A DNA stretch of 64,000 nucleotides from Tubulanus polymorphus (GCF_964204645.1 NW_027437466.1:1-64000); one strand, 5' to 3'. Numbered from the stretch's first letter, positions 12,821-24,021 are shown. The notes: a model not told the origin generated them from the letters alone. Made by a program: numbers and translations.

Positions 12821-13658
12821 AATGGACATCATTGGCTGCAGTTCAAAAAGATCTCCTCCGGCTAGTTTCCAATACAATTCTATATTCATGAATTTGGACA
12901 CCATTTGGAATACCCTTCAAGGTCAATCTAACCAGTTCTTTCCTCGGAGATTTTCGATTGCTCTCCAGGAACTAAAATCCATCAAAACCATCCGCATCTC
13001 CTAGGCTGATAAAGGCGGCAAAATTGTTATTCAAGATTTGATCAATTACAATTTGATGCTATTGTTTGCTATTGTGAAATGTTTGCTATTCTCGGTGATT
13101 CCAATTTCTACAAATCCATCAAAAACAACCCTTTGAAAGAGATGCAATCGGCTTTTAGTTTAGGTTTAAAAAACATATCTAAGAAATTTCCTGACCATTC
13201 GGACTTCATCTCCAAATTTAACTCTCGGCTTCCAAATCTTCCTTATGCTTATGGTCTTCCAAAAATTCATAAACCCAATTCTCCGTTAAGACCGATCATT
13301 TCTAATATCAATTCTCCATCATATCGGCTCTCCAAAAATCTGGCTAAAGTACTCTCCCCGGCTTTGGGTACTTTTTCTGATTCTCACATTCGGCACAATA
13401 TGGATCTTTTAGACAAACTCAAAAAAAATCTCAAACCTAATGGACAAAAATTTATATCTTTCGACGCTGTTTCCTTGTTCACTAATATACCATTGGAACC
13501 AACTCTCAATTTCTTAAGAGGAAAACTCCCGGACTCCAATCTTGATCTCCCAATTCCTGTAGAATGTTTACTTGAACTTTTGGAACTCTGTACAACCAAA
13601 ATATATTTCCAATTCCAAGACAAATTCTATGAACAAATTTTCGGTTTCGCTATGGGTA

Positions 13659-14242
13659 TATTGGAGTAATAAATTACCTATTTAGACAATGGGAAAATAA
13701 GTCGGAGTTCGGGGCAGTAGTTGCGGTTAGCAGGCAACCTACGTGAATACTTACATCACACATAAGAGAGAAGCATAGAAGATAGGTAAGAGTGATGGGG
13801 GTGTTTACGTGGGAAGCGTGTTATAGCAGTAGCCTTGAGCTCTGGAAAGTTGAGTTATAAATGTAGCGTTCGTAGAAATGATTTACATAGCCAGTAGAAC
13901 TATAGTAAAAGAAGACGTCTCTGGCAATGAGGCCAAGCGGTGTGGAAATATACGTCACGAGCGAAGGAAGAATAGATATAAAAAGGGAGGGTTTTAAGGC
14001 AGTGGGGTCGGGAAAAGCTTGGTCGGTAGAGCTAGGTCGGTTGAGCTAGTGGTTAGAACAAGAGGGGACGTGCTAGGAAGATTGCAAGAAGAGAGTATAA
14101 GAATAAAAATCTGGATCGATAGAAGAAGCTAGTTGTAGTTAATTTATGAAAAGAACCCCAAGGAACTACGCTGGTGAAACGCAAACAACGCAGGTGGTCA
14201 ACACACGTCACCCTGACACTGGAGAAGAGGACCCCCACAACA
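13659..14242 (+). mobile_element. Solo LTR (584 bp, probably gypsy-type) inserted in the Penelope RT
   Basis: 4-bp TSD ggta at 13655-13658 and 14243-14246. Ends are tattg...caaca (TG..CA with one change). TATAAAA at 13977 and AATAAA at 14102. Removal restores GFAMGNPLSP. Confidence 0.85.
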
Positions 14243-15025
14243 GGTAACCCATTATCCCCGATTTTGGCTAATCTTTTCCTTGAACACTTTGAATCCGAAA
14301 TTCTCCCTAAGTACGCTGGCTCTAAACCAACTTTTGGATTAGATATGTTGATGACATTCTGTGCTTAGTTTCTGATAATTTTGATCTTACCTCTTTTATC
14401 GACTTCATCAACTCCAATATCCATCTTTGAAATTCACTTTTGAATGGGAACAAAATTACCAAATTCCGTTTTTAGATGTTCTAATTCACAATAAATTTTC
14501 TCATTTGATTTTCTCAGTCTACCGTAAACCTATCAACGCCGAGGCATACCTTCACTTCTTTTCGTTTACTGCCAAATCAATCAAAATTGGTCTCGCTCAA
14601 AGCCTCTTTCTCCGTGCACTACGGATCTGCGATGAAACCTTCCTTTCGGCTGAATTTGACCATATATCCAACTCTCTTAGAAAATTGGCTTACCCTGATC
14701 ACATTTTGAAAATCGCTATTTCTAAGGCTAAACGTACTTTCTTCAATTCTAAACCTCCAGAAAACAAAAAACACATTTCAGAGTTCATTGTAGTTCCGTA
14801 TGTACCTGTTTTGGAAAAGTTTCGTCACTCTCTCCCTTTATTGTATAAACAAATCATTTTCACATATGAAAACAAAATTAGTAAGACTTTGGTTAAAAAC
14901 AATCAATCTAAACCTTTGGACTGCGGAGTTTACAAAATTCCTTGTTTTGGCTGTGATAAAATTTACTTTGGAGAAACTGGTCGTGATTTAAAAACTCGAA
15001 TTTCGGAACACAAAAAGGATATAAT

Positions 15026-15221
15026 GAGACGAGAAGATACACAATATCCGTGTAAGAAGATAACAAGAGAAATCCCACAATAAGTTCAGCCAAAAGTTCT
15101 CCTGTACTCAGTACGCCTGATGATGGCTAATAGTCTTTAGCCGAAACGTTGCGCAAATATATATAACTCTTCTATTCAAGTTTCTCGTTTTGGCTGAACT
15201 TATTGTGGGATTTCTCTTGTT
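15026..15221 (+). mobile_element. Hammerhead-containing Penelope-type mini insertion (inverted pLTR fragment + direct pLTR)
   Basis: 14-bp TSD aaaaaggatataat at 15012-15025 and 15222-15235. Perfect 35-bp inverted repeat at 15061-15095 and 15188-15222. Internal hammerhead core. Confidence 0.85.
15111..15155 (+). ncRNA. Minimal type I hammerhead ribozyme
   Basis: cgc-CTGATGA-t-GGCTAA-tagtct-TTAGCC-GAAA-CGTT-gcg. Palindromic stem III (AACGTT), GUU cleavage triplet, short stem I. Confidence 0.75.
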
Positions 15222-15544
15222 AAAAAGGATATAATAAATCAAAAACCGGCTAGTGGCGTAGCCAATCACGTTTGGAACACTGGTCATCGTTTTAATTTCG
15301 ATAAAGCCGAAATTATTTATACTTCCAGCAATTACACTAAACGCCACATAGTTGAGTCTGCCCTAGTTACTCGTCACTCAGATATTAGTACCAATTTAAA
15401 TAATGGCTTTTCCCCGCGTGATTCCCTTCTTTCTAAGTATATTACTTCATGCCTTGCCAAACACTAATTATTTACTCACTCACCAATTTACTCAATTAAC
15501 CTGTCCTCCTCTGTATATATACCCTTGTTTTTAGTCTTTTTCTC

Positions 15545-15586
15545 ACACCTGACGATGATCTCTAGGGTGAGATCGAAACGTCGTGT
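15545..15586 (+). ncRNA. Minimal type I hammerhead ribozyme in the Penelope 3' pLTR
   Basis: ACAC-CTGACGA-t-GATCTC-tagggt-GAGATC-GAAA-CGTC-GTGT. GUC cleavage predicted after 15582; palindromic ACGT stem III. Confidence 0.9.
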
Positions 15587-15885
15587 CTTTTATATATTTT
15601 AGATTTGATAAATAAATTCTGGTTTTTAAATTCTTTTAATCTTGTAAATAGTGGGATTTTATCTTATTATCCGTTCACCACGTTTGAGTATGGTCATCGT
15701 TCTAAGCAGGAAACTATAAGGTCTGTCGAGGTCTGAATATTGTTGTGGTAAATTCTAGGATTTAATAGCGATCTAATAGCCGATTTCTTCTGTACCGGTA
15801 TTCTAGCTTCGACGGCCAACATTGGAAGAGGTATCCAAGACCCAATATTCAGCCACCCTCCGATATGTGACATCATATGAATTCA

Positions 15886-16461
15886 AGGCCATCCCAAAAC
15901 AATGGTCTGTGTGCCGTAACCCGACCGACCCGACTTCAAAGGTACCGAGTGTAAACTTTTTTCTGGGATTCATTGAAATAAATTTTATTTTTGATAAAAA
16001 CGGGCGGCCGGCCGGCCGGCCGACCGGCCGACCCACCGACCCACTGCCGACGTATGAGCTACTTATGTTTGAATTCAAGTGTGCATCGTGGGGAAACATG
16101 CCTTGACACGTGGCCTAATTTAAGTTTTTCAGTTTTTCATTCATTTTTAATAGTGACTATATTAAAGCTGGTAACGTAAACGCGCGCACATATTCAATGT
16201 ACTGTTTCATTTTTAACACAGAGATGACGCTCTGGACGAAGTTATATTTCTATAATTATTCTTGAAATCTACGCTATTAGACAAATATCCCGTGCACAAC
16301 GTTGATGATTTTTTTGCGATATTGTTTCCATGTAAAAAAGGTGAAAAATGTGTTTTTGTTACCCACAATTTTTGCCAAAACAAAATTTCTACCACCAACT
16401 GACTCATGCTGAAAAGTTGAGTCGGTGTTACGGCAAACAGACAATAATTTTGGGATGTCCT
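15886..16461. mobile_element. Non-autonomous DNA transposon (MITE) with ~40-bp imperfect TIRs
   Basis: Left end aggccatcccaaaacaatggtctgtgtgccgtaac. The reverse complement of the right end is aggacatcccaaaattattgtctgtttgccgtaac. TSD unclear. Confidence 0.75.
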
Positions 16462-16846
16462 TATTTGAAAATTTTTTCATATTGTGAAACATATTTTTTT
16501 GAAATTATAGAATAATTTCCCTGCCGCGCCTAGCTGTACCCTACAAAATTTTGGACGTGGACCATAAACAAATGTATATCATTGGTCTTATTTGACTACA
16601 AAATAATTTTTTAAGAAAGTTAAAATACAATATAAACTTGTGGAACTTTGAAGTCACGAATTAAAAAGATTTTTCAAGCAATGCCCTTATTCCAAACAAT
16701 CTCTAGCTTTCAAGGTAAACCACCCTTTGCCCATGGGCAATTTATTTTCGAAGTCGAACGAAGCGCTTTTTATTTTTTACTGAAAATGTTTACAAAAAGC
16801 GCTGTTATGACTATCGAAATAGAAATTAAGAATTATATGAACCACA

Positions 16847-18440
16847 GTTTGGGATGTCGGGAGCGCCTGGTGGTATCACATCGCCGTGGAACTTAATCCC
16901 GGTACCGAAGAGTATGCAAAAATTTTGTCCAGTTACTATCTCGGGAAAATAAAGCTTTGAAAAACCTTGACAGTTTCCGGTTCTGTATTTTCAGCTTAGG
17001 GGTGAAAAACTTATCTTTAAACTTACTTTTTTTAAACTTTTGATGCCACTTGGATCCTTTGTTGATACCATATAGTGCTGCTGCTGCTGCTGCTGTTGCT
17101 GCTCCTATGTTGACGGATGCTGCCTCTCCTATGTTGAAGGATGCTGCTGCTATACCACTTGCAGATCCTGCTACACACGACGAATACCCTAGCGAAACGA
17201 TATTAGAAAACTCAATTCATTCTTTCACTTTTATTCATCATTGAAAGATTCTAATTCATTCTTATATAAAATGAACACTTACTCAACAATTCAGATTAGA
17301 TAAAGATCCCATGTTTTAATGTTGACTTTTCAAACGATTTTGTTTCCATTGTGCTATCAATCTAAAACAGATAAGCAAATTATTCTAATAAAGAAACCTT
17401 CAGACTTAGGAGAAACTTACAGCAATGAAGACGTTGAATACTCACCGTTATATTCTAAAATTATTCGAAAATATGTTTCTGACTTGTCGAGATATCTATC
17501 ACTAGGGCGTTTTGGGTATCTACAAACGAAATCTAAAGATTGTAAGATTTCCGAACGAAAATGTCAACTATCAGAATGAAAAAAATTGAACTTGAGAAAT
17601 TAAACTAGGCCAGAAATAAAAGATTTGAATACAAAACTCATTCAGTTTTTGAAGAATGGTACTATACACCTAGAACAAAATCTAACCACAAAATCTTTGA
17701 AATGAAAGATAGTTCACGAATCCACTGATTTAAGTACAATTCATGATCGCTTATCTTAATCATAATCTAAAACTTACCAGATATGTTGGGATTTTCTGAC
17801 TTGGCTTTGGTGGGTAATCATATCTCAATACAGGCTCTTCGCTGGTGTACGTGCGCTATACGTGGTGGCTGGTTCTCGAATGAAGCTCTAACCAAGCGTT
17901 ACCACAATACGATTTGGGCGGCGGCTATTGTGTGGAAATTCGATCATATCGTGACCCAAAATTGACACAATGAAGTACGTGTACTAAAATATTCTAACTC
18001 TATTGCTAAACTGTCTGCTTCATTCTTTTATGGTACATGTGGGTTTAATATACCAACTTCAGCGGGTTTAGAACGCGGCTACAAGACCGAAACAAGAGGC
18101 AGGAATAAATCACATCACTCCTGTTTTAACTAACAAATACATGTATTCTAAAATAAAACGATGTAATTAGTTACTATATGCACCGGCACGAAAATTGACG
18201 GCCATCGGATCAATGTCTCCTTAATGGCAAATGTTATCGTACAAAAATTTGATGATTTCAAATCATTTGTTTTGCTAAATAGTGTTCCCAGTTTTATTAG
18301 GAGGCTACTACAATTTACTGTAATCTGTATTTTGTATTCTCGACTTCGGTCGTGTCTTGTTTATCACTAGTATCTTTATTATTGACGATTCGTTTTATTA
18401 ATTGGGGATATTTAACAAGGAGGACTGAGTACGAATAAAA
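16847..18440. repeat. Duplicated block B, copy 2 (longer, with fewer deletions)
   Basis: Colinear with 1441-2770, starting at an offset of about 15.4 kb. Confidence 0.9.
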
Positions 18441-19330
18441 AAAATGTTGAACGGTAGGAAAATACATAAAAACTGAAGTCATCCTCAATCCTCCTTGTGA
18501 AACATACCCCAGTAACAAACGACTCTGAACGATTACGATTCTTAACTCTTAACGATTCTGAAAATTCTCGAGAAATACAAAACACGACCGAAGCCGAGAT
18601 TGAAACAGATTAAAAAAAATGTTGAAAATTCGGAAAATATTCACACAACAAACTGAAGTCATATTCAATCCTCCTTCAAAAACATACCCCATTACAACAA
18701 ACGACTCGACCATTCTGAAATTACTCGAGAACACTTTACTTATGAACAAATTTATTCATACCAACCACCAAGCGGAACCCAAGATATCGGGAGTATAATT
18801 TGAATAAGCAATACAGGAAATACATGAAATAAATTGATATCGATATATAGGACATTGAAAGTTTCATCATTGTGGTTGCTATGTTTTTTCCCGGTATTTA
18901 TGTAGCTATTTGGTAGAACTGTCTTCAGTCACATAGACTGTGCACATGCACACCTCAGTCGAATGCCGCACACGCCACTTTCCACTCCAATCCTTTCCAC
19001 GCAATCCTCCCTGTCAAACATCACCTGGTAACAAACCACTCCACCATTCTAAAAGTACTTGATGAAACAAAACACGACCGAAACCGAGATTAAAACAGAC
19101 AAAAGAAAATGTTAGAAATTCGGAAATTTTTCACATAAAAAACTGAAGTCATCCTCAAACCTCCTTGTCAACCATCCCGCAGTAACAAACGAACATTCTG
19201 AAAACCCTCGAGAAAACAAAAACCACGACCCAAGCCGAGATTAAAAAAGATAAAAGAGAAAATGCTAAATATTCGGAAAAGATTCACATAAAAACTGAAG
19301 TCATCCTCAGTCGGGTTTGTCAAACATCCA
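18440..19330. repeat. 155-bp satellite units and a partial block D
   Basis: aaaactgaagtcatcctc markers at ~18470, 18650, 19140 and 19290. Confidence 0.8.
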
Positions 19331-19684
19331 AAAAGAACGAAACGAATAATAAAATAAGTTTTATAAACGCTACCACAGCCACATAAAAAAACCGACCACA
19401 CTATTTCACAAAACAGAGCAAATGATTTAAAGGGGTCATGAAGAGGTTTTTAAGATATGGCTAAAAGTATTTTTTATCATCAATTATATTATTTATTGTT
19501 TTAGTGGTCAAGAAATTAATTTTTATTATTCAATTAGTGTTAAAAAGAGACTTTTGATCGGCTGCGCTGATTCCTTCCCTACCCGGAAGTGTGACGTCAT
19601 TCTGAGAACCCAAACCAAAACAACATGGTGAAGTGTATAGAAACGGTGATACTAACAGCGATTTAAGTGCACAATAGTGACTCA

Positions 19685-19774
19685 AGTAATAGGGAATAAG
19701 TTGGTTCCAGGCCAAAGGCCGAAGGGTCGAGCTCACTCTCCCCTTCAACCTGAACCAACTTATTCCCTATTTCT
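19685..19774. other. Long hairpin, copy 2 (homologous to 6740-6822)
   Basis: agtaatagggaataagttggttc pairs with gaaccaacttattccctatttct. Upstream motifs: CCGGAAGT (19583) and TGACGTCA (19592). Confidence 0.9.
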
Positions 19775-19954
19775 TCTAATAATTTCATAAAAATTAACAT
19801 TATTTTTATGAATTTCATAGATTTCGGATAAAAAACATTTAAAATAAATGGACAGTTAAAATAATATAAAAACTAACGAGTAATTAACGATTCTTGATTT
19901 TAAACATAAAAGTGTGAGTAAAGTGTGAGTGAAACATTGAATATTTATATTTGA

Positions 19955-21188
19955 ATGAGTTTTAATAAAAACCTCGTTATGAAAATGAAGAAAGAAGCAG
20001 AAGAACCCAAATTGAAAATCGAAATCAATGAAACCGATAAATTATTTTCACAGTTCAACATTAAAAAATATATCTCAGCAACAAATTTAGTGTATGCAAG
20101 ACACTATAAAATTGATAACATTACTATAATTAATCAAATATTATCTAAAGAAACATATTTAATTACGGAACTAGTAGATACTTTTGATAATGGAATCAAA
20201 AATCCTAAATATTTAATACAGTTTTCAATTATAAAGAAACTTAAGAAATATTCTCAAAACTCCTTTTAATGAAAGAGATAGTGATTTAATACTTTCTAAA
20301 TTCTAAAGATTACAACGATTTGATTAACTTAAGAATTGGAAAAAGACAATTATATTATTCAAATTTTGATAATAAACAAATTATCAATAATGAAAATTCA
20401 TCAAATATTCGAATTCAATGTGAATCAGTTAATAATAATTCATCAAATATTCGAATTCAATGTCATTTAGATGATGAATTAAAAAAATTCAATCCAAATG
20501 AAAAGGTTTATTGTTATTGCGGCGGCAAATATTTAAAATCACATAAATCAAAGCATTATCAAACAATTAAACATATCAAATATGAAAAGAATAATAATTA
20601 TATATTGAAATAAGATTAAGCTGTATGAGTAATAAGATATTTCAAATTACTATTTTTTTCTTAAATAGATGGAAGATTTCATTCCCACTGGAAAACGTGA
20701 TTTCAAGCATCATCTTGTAGCAGGAGGATTAATTTTGGCAGCGCTTTACTTTTATTACGAGTATATCAGTAAGGATTTGATGAATGAAAAAAACAAAATT
20801 GAGTAAAAAATTAAAGAAATTAAATGGGAATCATAAAACTAAAAAGAATAAAACAGTTAATTCAGTAAATGATTTATAGGATTAAGACAGAATCTTTTAA
20901 TTCATTTTGTATATTTTAACTATAAAAATGAGTGAAAGTAAGGTATTAGAAATATTACATCTTATATATAAAAATCAAGAACGCATTAAATTGATTATTA
21001 TGATTTCTGGAATGGTTTCTTTTTCAGTTTATAGTATAAAACAGCTGTTAGAATTTTATGATAATTGCAAAATTAGATACCCCGAATTAAAAGATAACAT
21101 AAATTATCTATCAGATAGATTGAATAATATTAAGTGTTGTGAAATATGCAATAAAAAGTATAAAAATAAAGAGTTTAAAAAATCATAG
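19955..21188 (+). pseudogene. Cluster of short, AT-rich, co-oriented intronless ORFs with zinc-finger-like motifs (virus/Polinton-like)
   Basis: ORFs 19955-20269, 20320-20613 (KVYCYCGGKYLKSHKSKHYQTIKH) and 20907-21188 (hydrophobic stretch, KCCEICNKKY). Confidence 0.45.
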
Positions 21189-22245
21189 ATATATTCACGA
21201 ATTAAATGATAAATTATATGAATGAAAATAAGATAAATGATATTTCAATAAATGCCCCCTGTGTCTTTATTGTCTGTAGTAGTCTTAGTTCTTTTAGGAC
21301 ATAAAGAATAAATCTTTATTCTATTAGTACTTCAAAAAAAAGCAAAGAGTTTGAGAAATCATAAATACATTCATGAATTAAATGATAAATTATATAATTC
21401 AAATTAAGTTATTCATATATGATATTTTAATTCTTTACATAAACTAGAATAACACAAGATGATACTAACTTATTCAAGGTAAAGTTTTTCTAGTTGAATT
21501 CTAGTCAAATGTAATGTAATTTAAAGTAAACAAGAATTGAATAGATTCAATGAGAATTATAATAAGTTTCTTTAACTTTAACTAAATAATACTAACTCAT
21601 TCAATTCTAATGCTTTTCTTATTGAATCTATTCAAAATGTTATAGCAAATAAAAACACTAGCCAGTCTTAATTTAAAGAATTATATCATATTCTAGGTCT
21701 GAATAAAGAATATGATATTCATCTGATAGATTTTAAATAGTACTTATGAAAATAAAATAATACCAATCCAGTGTTAAAATGTAAAATATATTGGTTGGAA
21801 ATATAAATTATATTAGCTGAAAATATAAAATATATTAGTTAAAAATATGAATATGATAAATCTGTGAAGACATAGAGGATATTTCAAATAATTAAAGAAA
21901 ATTATTATAATTCTCATATTTTCTAATATATCTTGTTAATATTAAATTTCTTTACATTTGACAAGAATTCAACTAAAAATTTAATAAACAAACTAATATC
22001 GCTCTTGTCAGAAATAAAGAATAATTTTTATTCAATACGTATTTGATACGTATTTAATACATTAAAAAAGTGATGAGAGTATTTTGGATAAAAATATATA
22101 TCTCTCTTATTTATTTTATATGAATATGTCTCTCATCTATTTTTTATATGAATATGAATATGAATATGAATATGTGTCCCTTATTTCTTTTTTATATAAA
22201 AATAAATATTAATATAGCTGCAAAGTCTTAGAATCCTGTTCAACG

Positions 22246-22463
22246 GTGGATTTCGACAAAGCATTTGATAAGGCACAACATCAGCCATTACTAAACAGGC
22301 TATTAGGAATCAGTGATCAATGATAGGTCGCTCAAATAGCTCAGAAGTTATATCTCTGAACGAAAACTTGTAGCCGAAATCAACGGAACGCCCCATCTTG
22401 GAATAAGTCAGTCTAACTAGTGGAGTCGCGCAAGGTAGTATCCTAAGTCGTCTTCTGTTTAAT
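22246..22463 (+). mobile_element. Non-LTR (LINE; CR1/L2/Jockey-like) reverse transcriptase fragment
   Basis: Reads VDFDKAFDK...LRSYISER...TSGVAQGSILSRLLFN with stops and frameshifts. Confidence 0.8.
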
Positions 22464-22529
22464 GTCCTGACAAATCACATACACAGTAATCCAAAATATA
22501 CCAGACCGAGTAAATTTCCAAAACGACCT

Positions 22530-23085
22530 TAACACGCTGTTCGACCAAAAAACTTAAAGTTCTGACAAGAAAATCTTGTTCGAATGAAACAATTCTGTTT
22601 GATCGAACAATACGCTTTTTGTTTGAACCAAAACTTTTCTTCATTCAGACAAAAAAATGAGTTCAAATAAAAAGCTATGTTATTGTCGAAGTGAAGAAAT
22701 TTTTGTCCCGGCAAAAAATTTGGTTGAGCGAAAACAATTTCTTTCGAACGAATGTTTGAATGAAAACAATTCTGTTTGATTGAACGAAATAATTATTTTT
22801 TTTTCAATTTTTACAATACACTTGTTCGAACGAAAAACTTAATGTTCTGACAAGAAAATTCTGTTAAAATTAAAACGATTCTGTTCCATCGAACTATTGT
22901 TCGAACGAAAAACCTTTCGTTTGGACAAAAAGAAGTTTGATCAACTTTGTTCTAACAATTTTTTCAAATTGGTTTAATCGAACAGAATATTATTGGGTCG
23001 AACGGAATAAATTTTCTCTCGACGAAAGAATTTTCAAGCAAAAGGTCTTTTGAATGAAAAAAAAATTTCTTGGGCTCCGCAGTAA
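22530..23085. repeat. Degenerate repeat made of tgttcgaacgaaaa-type subunits
   Basis: Recurrent gttcgaacgaa and ttctgtttgatcgaac motifs, with an internal duplication of ~22537-22640 at ~22823-22930. Confidence 0.6.
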
Positions 23086-23090
23086 CTTAA

Positions 23091-23406
23091 AGCCGGACGT
23101 AGGTCGGCCTTGTGACTCGATGTGATCCTCGCGTTGCATCGCAAGTTTTGGTTCGGTGCTAGTCGGTTGCGATACGATTGTCAGCGACTGTGTGCGACTA
23201 GTTTCTGCCAGTCGCAAGAGCGCGTAGGTCGGTTGTTACAGTCGTGTAGCGTCGCAGAAAGTAGAACACGTGTGAGTGGCGTTGCTGACAGTCGCATCCA
23301 GTCGCAAGGGAGTGTAGGTCGATGAGTCGTTGCGAGACAATCGTCGCTGGTTGTCGCAGTGAAAGGCGTCGCAATGAGCCGTTGCAAGGCCGGCCTACGC
23401 CCGGCT
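23091..23406. mobile_element. PIF/Harbinger-type (Tourist-like) MITE
   Basis: ~22-bp TIRs agccgg(a/g)cgtagg(t/c)cggccttg. TAA TSD at 23088-23090 and 23407-23409. Confidence 0.85.
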
Positions 23407-24021
23407 TAAGTCATTAGTAATTAATGAAATACCTGTTTCATTTATGATGAAAAAACTCAAATGAAAAGTCCGGCTTATGAAGCTGTCTGCTCAGGCGAAA
23501 TTTTCAAAAAAACTTTCATTTTTGGTAATAAAATTGATAATTGTGATTGATCGTTGCAAGTCAGAACCAGTTAATCACTCATTAACATGCATTTAAAAAA
23601 AAACAATATGATTCCTCCTTTACAGCGAACTTAGCTTTAACCTATTAAAGGCTACTAGCCTATGTAGGCCTATGTATATGCGTAGGCCTAACATCCGGAC
23701 AGATTGGTCGTTGGCCTATTGAATAACGACCCTCTTAAATATCGTAAATTTTCTTTTGAAGTTCAATCCAATGAGTCCGTTAATAAACGCAACAATTATA
23801 CTGTGTTTGTTTGAGACAGTTAATCTCAGTACCGGTAGGCCTAAAGGGTTAAGGTCGCGTAAAACTCGTTAAACACTTCAAGCGACACAGCGAATGATCT
23901 CCTTCCCCCACAGCGAACGCTTATTCCGAATGTCAAGTGTGAGTCCAGCATACGGATGGAAGTGTGTTATTCTCATTCTCTTACTGAAGTGTGGAACTAC
24001 ATTTTCTTGCTTAATGAAAGA

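Larger units (their letters stand above)
12820..15690 (+). mobile_element. Penelope-like retroelement (Penelope/Poseidon type, RT + C-terminal GIY-YIG), 5'-truncated and disrupted
   Basis: Motifs in order: ADKGG, YGLPKIHKP..PLRPIIS, FDAVSLFTNIP, GFAMG|NPLSP, RYVDD (frameshifted), IPFLDV, VYRKP, GVYKIPCFGCDKIYFGETGR..RISEH. After removing the 15026-15221 insert the frame continues SGVANHVWNTGH...VESAL to TAA at 15465-15467. A hammerhead follows in the 3' pLTR. Confidence 0.95.
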
